A model generated the notes under the pieces. That model ran no database searches and had not been told where the DNA came from. It worked only from the letters and a program-made list of their open reading frames with translations. A stretch of DNA of 64,000 nucleotides, from assembly GCF_006345805.1 (NCBI RefSeq), contig NC_043006.1, positions 44,764,001 through 44,828,000 on the forward strand, written 5' to 3'. The position numbers and the translations under genes were made by a program. The stretch comes from Octopus sinensis. Lineage: Eukaryota. This document shows positions 1 to 11,767 of the stretch, piece after piece. Position 1 is the stretch's first letter. Every line of letters begins with the position of its first letter.

Positions 1-41
1 AGGTGACCTGGGTTGCCGAGTGTGTGAATAAGAATACATGT

Positions 42-293
42 GTTAAGGAATGGAGTAGATAAGATTCGGGCTACATATGTTTCATAGCGAGCGCAACCCC
101 GGAAGTGATAAATATCCAGAATGATTGAATCTTCCGTGTGTTAACATGTATCTCCTTGCAACAATGTAAACTTTCATTTAATCATAATATCCTTGGCCTA
201 AAGAGTAACCTGCGCTTGGATATTTACAACTTCCAAGGTTTCGCTTGCTATGAAACGCACGTAGCCCAGATCTTATCTACTCCATTCTTTAAC
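42..293. repeat. Imperfect inverted repeat (arms ~42-118 / ~216-293) with a decayed hammerhead-like core
   Basis: GTTAAGGAATGGAGTAGATAAGATTCGGGCTAC...GGAAGTGATAAATATCCA is mirrored by TGGATATTTACAACTTCC...GTAGCCCAGATCTTATCTACTCCATTCTTTAAC. The + strand reads CTAAAGA (198-204)...GAAAC-GCAC-GTA-GCCCAG (252-269). Confidence 0.7.
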
Positions 294-314
294 TCTTGGA
301 TATATATATATAAT

Positions 315-725
315 CTGAATATATAGTATTATATATCCATCACGGCTGATTTTGCCAATCGGTTTCGCACAAGGAATATAATGGAGTGTTAGGTAACAAT
401 TCGATTGTATAATCTTATGCTCATCCGATATGTTAACCAATATGGAAGGGAATATAACGACTGCTCTCTATTGTTGGAGGTGGATTAACATCTACTCATT
501 ATTATTGGAGCAACAGGATACATATCTCATTATTATTCGAACAACAGGATAATCCACCTCTGAGAGCAATAGCCATATTCCCTTCCATATCGGTTAACTC
601 GGATGAGTGTAAGGTTATATAATTGGATTGTTACCTAACACTCCATTGTATTCTTTGCACGAAACCGATTGGCAAGCTCAGGTGTGATGGATATATAATA
701 CTATTAATACTATATATTTCGAACA
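315..725. repeat. Imperfect inverted repeat (arms ~315-470 / ~560-725, ~90 bp spacer)
   Basis: ATATATAGTATT...CCATCAC...GCCAATCGGTTTCG...ATGGAGTGTTAGGTAACAAT...GGAAGGGAATAT is mirrored in 560-725. Each arm carries CGGATGA-stem-GAAAC. Confidence 0.8.
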
Positions 726-817
726 ATATACCCACTCTATTGACAGATGTACGAGAGCATCTTTTCCTTGATTTATGGTCTCATAGACGACTCACGTATG
801 TATGTATATATAGGAGG

Positions 818-1110
818 ACGCACGGTCTAGTGATTAGGATGTTACACTCACGATCGCGAGATTGTGGCTTCAATTTCAAGACAGGATGATGTGTTGTGTT
901 CTTGAGCAAAGCACTTCATCTCATGTTGCTCTGCGATCACTTCGACACCTGATGCGTAGTACACAGTGCCCTTGTTCAAGGAACGTCGATTTGATGGAGA
1001 GAGTGAGCTAATATATCGCACATACATTTTATTACTATAAACAAATCATTTGTGCAGGCCCGATCAGCAAAAAAGCTTAATAACACTTGTACGTCGTCTT
1101 CAACGGGAGA
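818..1110 (+). mobile_element. tRNA-derived SINE, head C with a distinct tail
   Basis: Decayed head GGACGCACGGTCTAGTGATTAGG...GTGTTCTTGAGCAAAGCACTT matches other head-C copies in the window. The tail ends GTCGTCTTCAACGGGAGAATC. Confidence 0.7.
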
Positions 1111-1149
1111 ATCTTTCATATATATAATATATAATATATATAATATATA

Positions 1150-1400
1150 TATAATATGTAAATAATTAAGAGACAAAAACCTCTATTAAATAACTCAATT
1201 AATAGTGAAAGATATTATCTGTAATAAATCATATAGAATATATTATTCCCAAAATCACTAAATTAAATAAACATTTAATTTAGTGATTTTCAGAATAATA
1301 TTTATTATATATACGTTTCTATATGATTTATTATAGATAATATCTTTCACTATTAATTGAATTACCTAATAGAGGTTTTGTCTTAATTATTTACATATAT
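1150..1400. repeat. AT-rich fold-back palindrome embedded in (TA)n
   Basis: ATATGTAAATAATTAAGAGACAAAAACCTCTATT...AAAATCACTAAATTA / TAATTTAGTGATTTT...AATAGAGGTTTTGTCTTAATTATTTACATAT, centred near 1270. Related to 61043-61245. Confidence 0.8.
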
Positions 1401-1744
1401 TTGTGAAATTTGATTTAGTATTGCTAAATTGAATTTTTCCCTGTAGTTTGGAATTTTATATTCCTTACTATTAATTATATATATATTATAATATATCTAT
1501 ATATATATATATATAATATATATATATATAATTATATATATATATATAATATATACATATACATACATAGTTGACAAAAATCATCTGACAGTAAATCAAA
1601 ATCCATAAATACTGTATTGATTCGAGTGGGAAATGTGTCACTGAAGGACTTCAATTTGAACAATTTTCATGATGTTTCATATTTATATGCTTTTATTAAA
1701 TTCATTCAGTTGTTAGGCATAAATAAATCTTGGAATTAAGTGCA

Positions 1745-1787
1745 TCGGATGTCAAGCAATGGTGGGAGGACAAACACAGACACATAA

Positions 1788-1866
<79 letters not shown>

Positions 1867-2005
1867 GATATAAACTACGGGCTTTCAGTTTCTGCCAACC
1901 AATTCCACTCTCAAGGCTTTGGTCTGCTTGTGGGTATAATAGAAAGTGCCACACAATGGGACTGAGCCCAGAATTATGTGGTTGGGAAGCAAGTTTCTTA
2001 CCACA
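1745..2005 (-). mobile_element. SINE E (tRNA-like head, internal microsatellite), 3'-truncated
   Basis: Matches the 5' two-thirds of the copies at 29954 and 43321. Internal (CA)n at ~1790-1864. Confidence 0.8.
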
Positions 2006-2407
2006 AATACACACACTTACACACACACATACATACACACACTGTTTACCTTAAACAATTAAGCATGTCTCTTAGTGGCTGATGATATGTGCATCTCTGT
2101 CACAAGCAGAAGTAGTGGGGAAGCATCATAGCCATGTGTTGAGAGGAATTCTTTGGAGTTTGAATAATTCACCTATGGAAACATGGGTGTTTTGTTCAAC
2201 ATCCTTAAAACACACCTTATTCAAAGACCTTTTGAGCGGGGTGGGCTATTCTACCCGAAGAAAGCTCTAACTGGGCCCTCACCTGCTAGGTCATGTGCTC
2301 TTTATCTTGATATGAGATCACCATGTTTGTGCACATATGGTTGTGGTGTATGTGCCAGGTGTATCATTATCAGACAGGTAGTCATGATGGGTATATTGGG
2401 CTTCGTA

Positions 2408-2916
2408 TATCGTAAATCCTCAAGTATAGTCTGCCCTTGAGTATAATATGCAGGGGATTTTTAGGGGGCTGTACCTCTGAAAAACTTAAACCTTGTGTAT
2501 AATACACACCCCATCTCTAACTTGAGTCAAGGAGGTCTATATAACGTCCTTGGTTTGTAAAAATGTATAAGGTAACGTCCTTTATTATTATTGTGTATAT
2601 AGCATAATGCAAACGTGTAGCTTTTTTATGAAGTTTGTTTGCAGAAAATAAAAAAATAACAGTAATAACGTTTAATAAATGTTGTTTACTGCATGTTATG
2701 AATGATTCTTTTATGACTTCATTGCTTTCAGGCTTAGCTTAAGGTATTTTCGCCCCCGACATCACAAAATGCGTCTGAATAAACATTGCCGGATAGCAAA
2801 TAGAGACTCGGACATTGCTTAGAAAATAATTTTTAACCTCGTATATAGTACGCACTAGGGATTTTGACCTTTAAATTTTGGGAAAAAATGCGGATTATAC
2901 TTGAGGATTTACAGTA
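2408..2916. mobile_element. Non-autonomous pogo/Tc2-like MITE
   Basis: TIRs TATCGTAAATCCTCAAGTATA (2408) and TATACTTGAGGATTTACAGTA (2916), TA ends, no ORF. Confidence 0.75.
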
Positions 2917-3009
2917 TTCGTACCCCAGTATCACTTTGATGGCATGCACTGCTCTCTCACTCAATAATAATAATGATGATGATGATGATGATAATAATAA
3001 TCTTTTCTA

Positions 3010-3560
3010 GCATTTTGCAACGCAGAAATGGTTGAGGGCCAAACTCAACCCCAGCTCATCAGTGGCAATGCCTTTTGTAATGGACTCTTCTAATCTGTGT
3101 ACTAATTCCAGTTAATCTCCGTCTGTTGTTATTACTTTGGCAAATGCTATTGGTCCAGTTCTGACTTTTGTTTTTAGATTACTCCACCACTAGTTGTTTA
3201 ATGTTTAACAAATTCGTTAAATCAGTCTCTGTAGGATTTGTGCGTAGGAAAAGATGCATTTAATTTCCAGTAACCGTGTTTCTGTTAGTTCATCGTTTCT
3301 GGGATGATTTCGCAGACCACATATTTGTGACCTGTGTAGTCAAACAGTTGAAAATGTGGAATCCTTCAATATCTCTATCCAGTGACCTAACAAATATTTC
3401 ATTTAGTTACGGGCTGGTTGATCGGACGCATTTGCTCTGTCTCCATTCTGGTGCATTCAGGAAGTATAACCGCTGTCTGTTAAGCATTTGGAACTTCTGA
3501 GTAAATTTATGAAGTCTTCACACCCTACTCTCCTCTTGGATTATAACACAAAATCTCATT
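3010..3560 (-). pseudogene. Degraded L1/Tx1-like LINE ORF2 fragment (end of AP endonuclease)
   Basis: The minus strand reads GHKYVVCEI...KHGYWKLNASF, resembling the SDH...G.WKLN.S motif that closes L1/Tx1 endonucleases. Many stops. (ATT)n/(CAT)n at ~2960-3000. Confidence 0.4.
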
Positions 3561-3876
3561 GGGTGCCTAAAAGTTATTCCAGTCTTCCTCTTGCATTAAA
3601 TAACAGGCTGTTACCAATAAAGCCTCCAGACATCTGAAGATATCTAGACAGCTTGACGTGGATGCGTGCATGTGTGTTTCAAAAATCCTGGTCAAGCTGA
3701 TGGGTACCATATATATGTCTGGTGATTTAAGATCACTCAGTAAGTGGATTTGCTTTCAAGCTGATTTGAAAGTACATACATTTGTGTCCTAATGTGGAGG
3801 CTGTCATGCTGGGCGGGAAAAAAAGTAAAGTGAGAGAGTTTATTTAGTTACAGAGAAAGATTGATGATCCAGTTTT

Positions 3877-4095
3877 CTTATTTCTTTATTGCCCATGAGG
3901 GGATAAACATAGAGGGGACAAACAAGGACAGACAAAGGGATTAAGTCGATTACATCGACCCCAATGCATAAATGGTACTTATTTAATCGACCCCGAAAGG
4001 ATGAAAGGCTAAGTTGACCTCGGTGGAATTTGAACTCAGACGAAATACCGCTAAGCATTTCACCCGGCGCACTAACGTTTCTGCCAGCTCACCGA
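3877..4095 (-). mobile_element. SINE A (tRNA-derived head, Meta-domain-like core)
   Basis: Reverse complement of GGCGAGCTGGCAGAA...GAGTTCAAATTCC...GCCTTTCATCCTTTCGGGGTCGAT...AATAAAGAAATA. Confidence 0.85.
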
Positions 4096-4411
4096 CTTGA
4101 TGATCGAGTTTTCTAATGAAAGAATGTTCTTGCAAATACCTACCAATGAATGGTTCCTCTTTGCTCTTTCTTGGAACATTCTGTTACTTAAAATTGTTTT
4201 CCCTACAGCCCTAGCGAGATCTACTTCATTTTGGCAATGAGCTTCTCAAAAACTTCCTCTTTCAACTGTATCTTTTGCGTGTTTTTCTGTTTAGCTCAAC
4301 TTCTTCGTGATTCTGTTTACAGCAAGTGATATCCATGAGAAGTGGTTTGTGTGTATTTCGTTTTTAGGCCATTGATATTAGTATTGTTTCTGATGTTGAT
4401 GTCGTCATTGT

Positions 4412-4927
4412 CGTCTTCTTCTTCTTCTTCTTCTCCTCCTCCTCCTCCTCCGTCTTCTTCCAATCAGGACTCACGCCATTAGCCACAAAGAATAATCTCT
4501 AATTCTAGCCTACTTTAAGCTTCTAAGAATGCGTGTGGCAACTTGAAGATCCACCCACCAATCGCAATAGATTGGCGGTTGCATGGGCGCGAAAGCTACA
4601 TTGTTCTCATTCCGTAAACGGTGGCTTTTAACGGGTGGAGAGCTGAAACATCCTGGGGTACAGAGGATTCGCAATCTAGACTAGGGTCTGAAAGTTTACC
4701 ACACCATAGTGGGTTACACCATGGTTCCTCTGCTTTGTGGAAGAAGTAGGAAGATAGAGTGAGAGAAAGTTGTGGTGAAAGTGTACAGCGGGGTTCACCC
4801 CCACTCAGCCTCATGGAGCTTAGGTGCTTTTGCTCAATAAACACTCACAATAGCTGGTCTGGGAATTGAAACCGCGTTCTTACGACCGCGAGTCTGCTGC
4901 CCTGACCGCTCGGCCATTGCGCCTCCA
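4412..4927 (-). mobile_element. SINE head B (tRNA-Arg-like) with a unique long tail ending in (GAG)n(GAA)n
   Basis: Head GTGGAGGCGCAATGGCC...GACTCGCGGTCGTAAG is shared with 42219. The sequence diverges after TCTTCCT. Confidence 0.75.
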
Positions 4928-5474
4928 CTGTTGATGTTGCTGACATTGTGCATTCAGTTCTGTTTACTTTAGTTTATACATTTATATTTCTTCCTGTTAT
5001 AACTTTTGTTGTTGGTGTAGTTACAGGTTTGGTCATTGTTGTTATTATTGTGGTGACAGTGGTTGTCGCGATGGGGGGGGGGGTGTCTTGCCGCTAGGCT
5101 TTCTGTCGCCCCATTGAAGATTCCAGTTTTGATCTTAGGGCGGCTAGTTTTTGTTTTCCCAACAAAAAGCCGTCTGTTTGAGATTGTTTCGATTTTGTCG
5201 GACAGCGAGGTTTCAAAGACAAAGAGACCAATGACAGAGGGAGCAGGTATATATGCATATATGAATAAGTGAATGTGTGCTTGGCAGAGTTATAAAGCGA
5301 GGCTTTCTTTTGTTTGTGGTGGCGGTTAGAGAGTTGTCCTTTTGAAATGCGATGTTAATCTCCACTACTGTAACTGTTGTAGATTTGGGCTTTGTTGCTG
5401 TTGTTGCTGGTGCTTTCACAGTTGTTGTTACTGTTGGTGCTGCTATTGTTGTTAGTGTTGGTAGTAGTGGTGAC

Positions 5475-5703
5475 GGCGAGCTGGTAGAAACGTTAGCACG
5501 CCAGGCTAAATGCTTTGCAGTATTTCGTCTGCCATTACGTTCTGAGTTCAAATCCCGCCAAGGTCTACTTTGCCTTTCATCCTTTCGGGGTCGATAAATT
5601 AAGTACCAGTTACGCACTGGGGTCGATATAATCGACATAATCCGTTTGTCTGTCCTTGTTTGTCCTTTCTGTGTTTAGCCCTTTGTGGGTAGTAAAGAAA
5701 TAG
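5475..5703 (+). mobile_element. SINE A, full length with target-site duplication
   Basis: Complete head, core and tail, flanked by the direct repeat GTAGTAGTGGTGAC (5461-5474 and 5704-5717). Confidence 0.9.
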
Positions 5704-6159
5704 GTAGTAGTGGTGACGTTTCTTTGGTTGCTCTCTACTGAAGACTAAAAAACAAAAAGGGACCCCAAGGCGGTTGGTGTTTTCATATATGTGACTCCTA
5801 GTCCTATTTTCAATCACTAAGTACACTTGGATGCTGTTTCTGGAATATTATTCAGATGTTCAAATTGCATCCAATTCCACTGCAACATGGGACCAATTGT
5901 TCATATGTCTGATTTTGTAAACACTCTCTAGGATAATGTACACGACCACTCACCGGTTGTGGTGGCACAATGAATGTAGTGCGTTGGTGTTATGTTGTTT
6001 TATTTGGCAAGCCCTCTTGTTAGTCTTCTTTAGTCGATGGATGGTGGTACTGATCCTTTCAGTTGATGTTAACATCATTTGTGGAATAATAATTGCTGTT
6101 GTAGTTGTTGTTGCTGTTATTGATACTGGTGTGGTTGGGACGTTGGTAGTATAACTTTC

Positions 6160-6472
6160 GTGAAGGCGCACAGTTTAGTGGTTAGGGTATGCGGCTCACA
6201 ATCGTTAGGTCATGAGTTCAAAAACCGGCAGCACGTTCTGTCCTTGAGCAAGACACTTTATTTCATGTTGCTCCAATCCACTCAGGTGGCAAAAATGAGT
6301 AGTTCCTGTAACTCAAAGAGCCAGGTTTGTCACATTCTGTGCCATACTAAATCTCCCTGGGAACCACGTTAAGGGTATGCGCATCTGTGGAGTGCTCAAA
6401 CACGTTAATTTCATGAGCAGGCTGTTCTGTTGATCGGATTAACTGGAACATTCGTCGTCATAACTGACGGAA
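6160..6472 (+). mobile_element. SINE head C with tail W
   Basis: GTGAAGGCGCA...GTCCTTGAGCAAGACACTT...CCACTCAG followed by CAAAGAGCCAGG...CGTTAAGGGTA...GTCGTCATAACTGACGG. Confidence 0.8.
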
Positions 6473-6707
6473 TTTTGTTAGTGTAACGTTCTCATTTCTA
6501 AAAATCTTCCTTCTTTCAGATGCTCAAAAGTTCTCTCTACACAGTTTTGCGCCGTCAGACAAGTGCACATGATAGGGGATGATCTCGAGTTCAACATTGA
6601 ACCTCAACTATTTTCTTCAAGGAAGAGCTCTTCACATCAAAGATTTCTTTTTTCCTACACTAATCTTGTCAGCAACCACCAAAAATTGATTTCAGGTTTC
6701 ACTATTT

Positions 6708-6937
6708 ATTTCTTTACTACCCACAAGGGGCTAAACACAGAGAGGACAAACAAGGACAGACAAATGGATTAAGTCGATTATATCGACCCCAGTGCGTAAC
6801 TGGTACTTATTTAATCGACCCCGAAAGGATGAAAGGCAAAGTCGACCTCGGCGGAATTTGAACTCAGAACGTAACGGCAGACGAAATACGGCTACGCATT
6901 TTGCCCGGCGTGCTAACGTTTCTGCCAGCTCGTCGCC
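6708..6937 (-). mobile_element. SINE A, full length
   Basis: Near-identical reverse complement of 5475-5703. Confidence 0.9.
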
Positions 6938-7147
6938 TCACTATCATAAGCATGGCTTTTCCCATATACTGAGGCGACTACCAAGTACGCGAATTTGCTG
7001 GATAGTTGCTGTTAGCGGTGGTGACGAGAGGGCTGAAATGATTGTAGTAGTAGTGAAGCAGCCACAGTAAATTTTGGTACACATAACGCGGTGCTATTGT
7101 CACCGCCACCACTGCTCCTGTAGTTGTGATTCTTTTCAATGAGAATG

Positions 7148-7290
7148 TGCGTCTGTCTGTCTGTATATGTGCATCACTAAAATTCGATAACTACCCAACC
7201 GATTTCATTCAAATTTTACACATGCCTTTCTTAGGGTCCATGCAGTGTCAGCTTCTTGCCTAATGCGAGCCCGGAGCAATCTCTTATCTC
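7148..7290 (+). mobile_element. Helentron-associated (HINE/DINE-like) fragment
   Basis: (GTCT)n, then CAACCGATTTCATTCAAATTTTACAC, then GCGAGCCCGGAGCAA, the layout typical of HINEs. Confidence 0.45.
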
Positions 7291-7799
7291 TTACACTTTT
7301 AATATTATGTGTCAAAAGTGAAACACTAACAGCTCTATTGTAATATGAGATAATACTTTCAGTTTTAATAGTTTCACTATTAATACTGAAACTATTATCT
7401 CACATATAAACATGCATACATAAACACACACACACACACACAAACAAACACAAACATACACACACATATATAAATATATATATTATGTATATATGTATAT
7501 ATATATATATAAATGTATGAGTATTTTTTCAATATTTACAAATAACGTGGAAAAAATAAATTAATAGTTACTAGGATAGCAAAAATTTACAAAAATACCT
7601 ATTTCTTTATTACCCACAAGGGGCTAAACATAGAGGGGACAAACAAGGACAGACATAGGTATTAAGTCGATTACATCGACCCCAGTGCGTAACTGATACT
7701 TAATTTATCGACCCCGAAAGGATGAAAGACAAGGATGTAACAGTCTACTATAAAGGTAGAAATTCCAGGTTTTGGTGAAATGCTTTTGTATGACATAGA

Positions 7800-8363
7800 T
7801 CAATAAATAAATGGAGTCAAATGCAGGTGTTATTCAAATCTTTATACTTCCGACATGTTTTATTCCTGAAGGAATAAAATGATGTAAAACAATGCAATTT
7901 TCTCATCAGGGAAAAAAAGAGAAACAAACTGTATCAATAAGACATTTTAACTGAATGTGATTACTGCATATATGATGAAGGGAACGTTGGTGTATTATTT
8001 TTAAAACAAAGCCGTTCATAGATATAACATTAAAGGCAATTTATAAAAAAAGAAGGAAGAGGAAGAAAGAAATTAGCAGAAAACTAAGAGTGGAGAAATA
8101 TAGTGTGATAGGTGAATAGGAATAAACATTAAGGCCGTGGAAATAGATATATTTAGTGGAAGTGAAATGTAAGAAGACAGTTAAAGGTTGAATTTTATCG
8201 ACTAGTAGAAATCACTAATAGGAACTAAAGGTATGTTTTGCCACTAAATGTAACTATTTCCGCGTCTTTAATCTTCATTCCTAATCACCTATCGGCAATA
8301 TATTTCTTCACTTTTAGTTTTCTGCTAATTTCTTTCTCCTCCTACTTCTCTTTCAATAAATTG

Positions 8364-8430
<67 letters not shown>

Positions 8431-8443
8431 ATATATATATATC

Positions 8444-8474
<31 letters not shown>

Positions 8475-8580
8475 GATATATATATGTCTATATGTATATA
8501 TTATATGTATGTCTATATATGTATATATATTTATATATGGATATATATGTATGTACATATATATTGGTACATATATATGC

Positions 8581-8611
<31 letters not shown>

Positions 8612-8855
8612 TGTATATATGCATATATCTATTAATTTTTTTTTTTTGTAAAATAACGTTCCCTTCATCATATATGCGGTAATCACATCCGGTTAAAATG
8701 ATGCAGTTTGTTTATTTTTTTCCCCTGATGGGAAGATTGCAATGTTTTACATCATTTTATTCCTTCTGGAATGATACTAATGTTTTCTTCAAAACATATG
8801 TTGGAAGCATAAAGATTTGAATAACACCTGCGTTTAAACTCCATTTATTTATTTA
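7800..8855. repeat. Nested ~1 kb fold-back: outer arms 7800-8003 / 8645-8855, inner arms 8035-8162 / 8240-8365, with (TA)n at 8365-8640
   Basis: GCAGGTGTTATTCAAATCTTTAT...TGATGAAGGGAACGTT is mirrored at 8645-8855. AGAAAGAAATTAGCAGAAAACTAA is mirrored by TTAGTTTTCTGCTAATTTCTTTCT. Confidence 0.85.
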
Positions 8856-8871
8856 TTTATATGTATGTATG

Positions 8872-8922
<51 letters not shown>

Positions 8923-9002
8923 ATGTATGTATGCATGCATGCATTTATATATGTATATATACATCTGCACATATATATGTATGTATATATGTATGTATAT
9001 AT

Positions 9003-9193
9003 GTTAGTTAGTTAGTTAATTTGGCTCAAAAGCAAATAGCAAGGCCATGTAGGGGGACATGGAGTTAAGTACAGGGTGGTGTTCATGTAATGAGTTCAGG
9101 CCATTTGAGGTCAAGGGAGGCTTTGAACAAAGCGGTCGTCGGCATCTTCACCATCTCGTCTGGCAGCTTGTTCCACGGATCCGCAACCCGGAT

Positions 9194-9197
<4 letters not shown>
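9003..9197 (-). mobile_element. 5'-truncated CR1-clade LINE 3' end with (TAAC)n tail
   Basis: The minus strand encodes [35 protein letters not shown] (stop 9083-9085), matching the CR1 ORF2 C-terminal RV...WN.LP..V....FK..LD motif. Tail at 9003-9018, (TA)n-type repeats on both sides. Confidence 0.8.
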
Positions 9198-9269
<72 letters not shown>

Positions 9270-9293
9270 CACACACATATATATATATATAAG

Positions 9294-9335
<42 letters not shown>

Positions 9336-9788
9336 CACACACATACGTATATGTATATACATACATACGCATGCACACATGCACACACGCAGACATACAC
9401 ACACACACAGACACACACGAGCGCCGGTCCGAAATTAATGCCCAGAAGGTTACGGGCTGTTCACGGAGATGGCATCATTGGCAAGAGTACCAAAATCCAT
9501 AAACAAATTACATACTCATGTTAGATTATCAAAGCACAACTCCATTGCTCAAAACGTGTGACCTAACTGTGGAACCTGAACCAATCTTCTAGAAGATACA
9601 TAAATTTAAATAAAGACAAATCTAAGCTTAAAAAGAATAGAAAATAAAAAAAAAGTCACTTCCTCTGTTTGTCAAAACTTTATTCTAATATATGAAATGA
9701 CTGTAACGAAGTCAACATAAGGCAAACAAAACATGCTTTGAGAATCGGAATCACTATTCATAACTAACAAATACAAGATCCTAATTGA

Positions 9789-10118
9789 GACCCCCTTCGG
9801 TCATGACTGACCATAGGGTTATACCCAGAAAGTTACCCTCCCAGGCACAAGTCCAGGCAAGGTTGTTTATGGAAGACCAGCAGTCGCCCATGCATACCGG
9901 CCTCCCCTCTCCACGCCACCAGTGTTATCCAAGGGAAAGGTAACAGCAGATACAACTTGGCACCTGTGATGTCGCAACTCATTTCTACAGCTGAGTGAAC
10001 TGGAGCAACGTGAAATAAAGTTTCTTGCTCAAGAACACAACGCGCAGCCCGGTCGGGATTCGAACTCACAACCTACGATTGTAAGCTCGACGCTCTAACC
10101 ACTGAGCCATGCGCCTTC
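9789..10118 (-). mobile_element. SINE head C with tail D
   Basis: Head GAAGGCGCATGGCTCAGTGGTTAGAG...GAGTTCGAATCCC. Tail TGCGACATCACAGGTGCCAAG...GTCATGACCGAAGGGGGTC. Confidence 0.85.
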
Positions 10119-10793
10119 TCACAAGATCCTAATACTAGACATATAATTCGAAAAGGGAATATTTAGACGTATTTAGTTGTATTGTACTGTAAACCACTAA
10201 CATTCTTAATCTCTCCACGTTATGTTTGTTCTGATAAAACTACAGGCCAGATATGGACAAATGAAAAAAACACAAAAAAACTATAAAAACGTATCGAGCA
10301 GGTATGTAGAGGATCGCCACCCAGAATATGAAACTGAGGCTCATTGTTTTCCAGTTGAGAAGTCTTCAGAAACACCAACCGGATCTTCTAAATTGAGTAA
10401 TGATATCACTAAGAGACTAACCAGGAGCTTCTTTTGACAAATCGTCAAATTGATTGGTGCAAGAAACAGAACAAGGAAAAAGGAAAAAAAAAAAAAAAAG
10501 GAAAGAAAAGATAAAAAAAAATAACCAATAGAATTCCTCAAATGCTTTTGATGACGTTTGCGTGATGAGCCCATTCAAAAAACTACCGGAACAGAACCAG
10601 CCTTCATACACACACAAAAAAAAGAAAGAAAGAAAAAAAGAAAATAAACAAGCGTAACACTAGACCTATTTCGATTTTCAACTTATCTCGACAGCTAAAG
10701 CTCTCAAATATAGAGAACTTTACTGGTTCTCCGTCTGTTTGTACGGAACAGAAATTATCATGCAAGTGACACTCCAAAGCCCCGCGCACTATT

Positions 10794-10990
10794 CACGTAG
10801 TTTTTACAGTGATTCAGCGTGAAAGAATGTTACAAGGTTGGCCCTTTGAAATACAGATACTACTAATTTTTTTTTCTTACCAGCTGAATGAAATGGAGCA
10901 ACGTAAAATAAAGTGTCTTTCCCAAGGGTACAACATGCCGCCGGGAATCGAACTCACGACCTTACGATTGTGAGCCATATATCTTAACCA
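10794..10990 (-). mobile_element. SINE head C with partial tail W
   Basis: Reverse complement of GTCGTGAGTTCGATTCCCGGCGGC...CTGTATTTCAAAGGGCCAACC. Confidence 0.7.
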
Positions 10991-11027
10991 CAGACATTTT
11001 CGGTGTTAAACATCCACTAAAAATTTA

Positions 11028-11674
11028 GGATCTTTTCCTTTTGAACGGCAGATGTCAACATAATTTCTTGTTAACTAAACACTTTTAAACTTCGTATACT
11101 GGTAGAATGTGTTTATAAAACATCATTTTCTCTTGGTTTTATTGAGAAAATTCTATAGTTTGTAAGATATTTCGTCTGAAAATCCGAGCATTTTGGCAAT
11201 TTTAACCAATCGATTACCTCCATTCAACTAAAATCATTTGCTGCGTCTAAAACTGAGACAACATCCTGTAACTGACCCTAAACCTGCCCCCTAAACCTAA
11301 CCCTAATTTTTTTTTCTTAATTGTTAAATTAATTTAATTCCATTGCTTTAGTTTTTTTTTACACGCGTAACAATTAAATTAATTTAACAATTAAGAAAAA
11401 AAAAATTAGGGTTAGGATTAGGGTTTTGGAGGAGGTTTAGGGTTAGTTACAGAATGCTGTCTCAGTTTTAGATGCAGCAAATGATTTTAGCTCATAAGAG
11501 AGCATAGGATTGGTTAAAATTCGAAAAATTAAACTACGTTAAACAAACAAATTACAATTTTCTCAAGAAAGCCAAGAGAAAAAAATGTTTTATTTTGACA
11601 CATTCTACCAGTATACGAAGTTTTAAAGTGTTTAGTTAACTAGAAATTGTCTGCTGTTCAAAAGGAAAAGATCC
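11028..11674. mobile_element. Fold-back MITE with long TIRs (GGATCTTTTCC...), 8-bp TSD and internal TTAGGG-like repeats
   Basis: TIRs GGATCTTTTCCTTTTGAAC / GTTCAAAAGGAAAAGATCC, TSD AAAATTTA (11020-11027 and 11675-11682). The palindrome continues to a centre near 11350. CCTAAACCTAACCCTAA / TTAGGGTTAGGATTAGGG inside. Confidence 0.85.
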
Positions 11675-11706
11675 AAAATTTAGTCTCGAGAAAAATGCGA
11701 CACAAG

Positions 11707-11746
<40 letters not shown>

Positions 11747-11767
11747 ACACACACATACATATATACA

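Noticed and set aside
8238-9524. Tyr/Ile/His/Thr/Cys/Val-rich ORFs here and throughout the track
   Set aside because: They are translations of (TA)n, (CA)n and (CATA)n microsatellites.
10246-10301. Plus-strand 56-nt exon with CAG acceptor and GTATGT donor
   Set aside because: The polypyrimidine tract is weak, the peptide is poly-A-rich and uninformative, and no partner exon was found.
11280-11450. Interstitial telomere or chromosome fusion scar
   Set aside because: The few degenerate TTAGGG units are symmetric parts of a TSD-flanked MITE seen elsewhere in the window.
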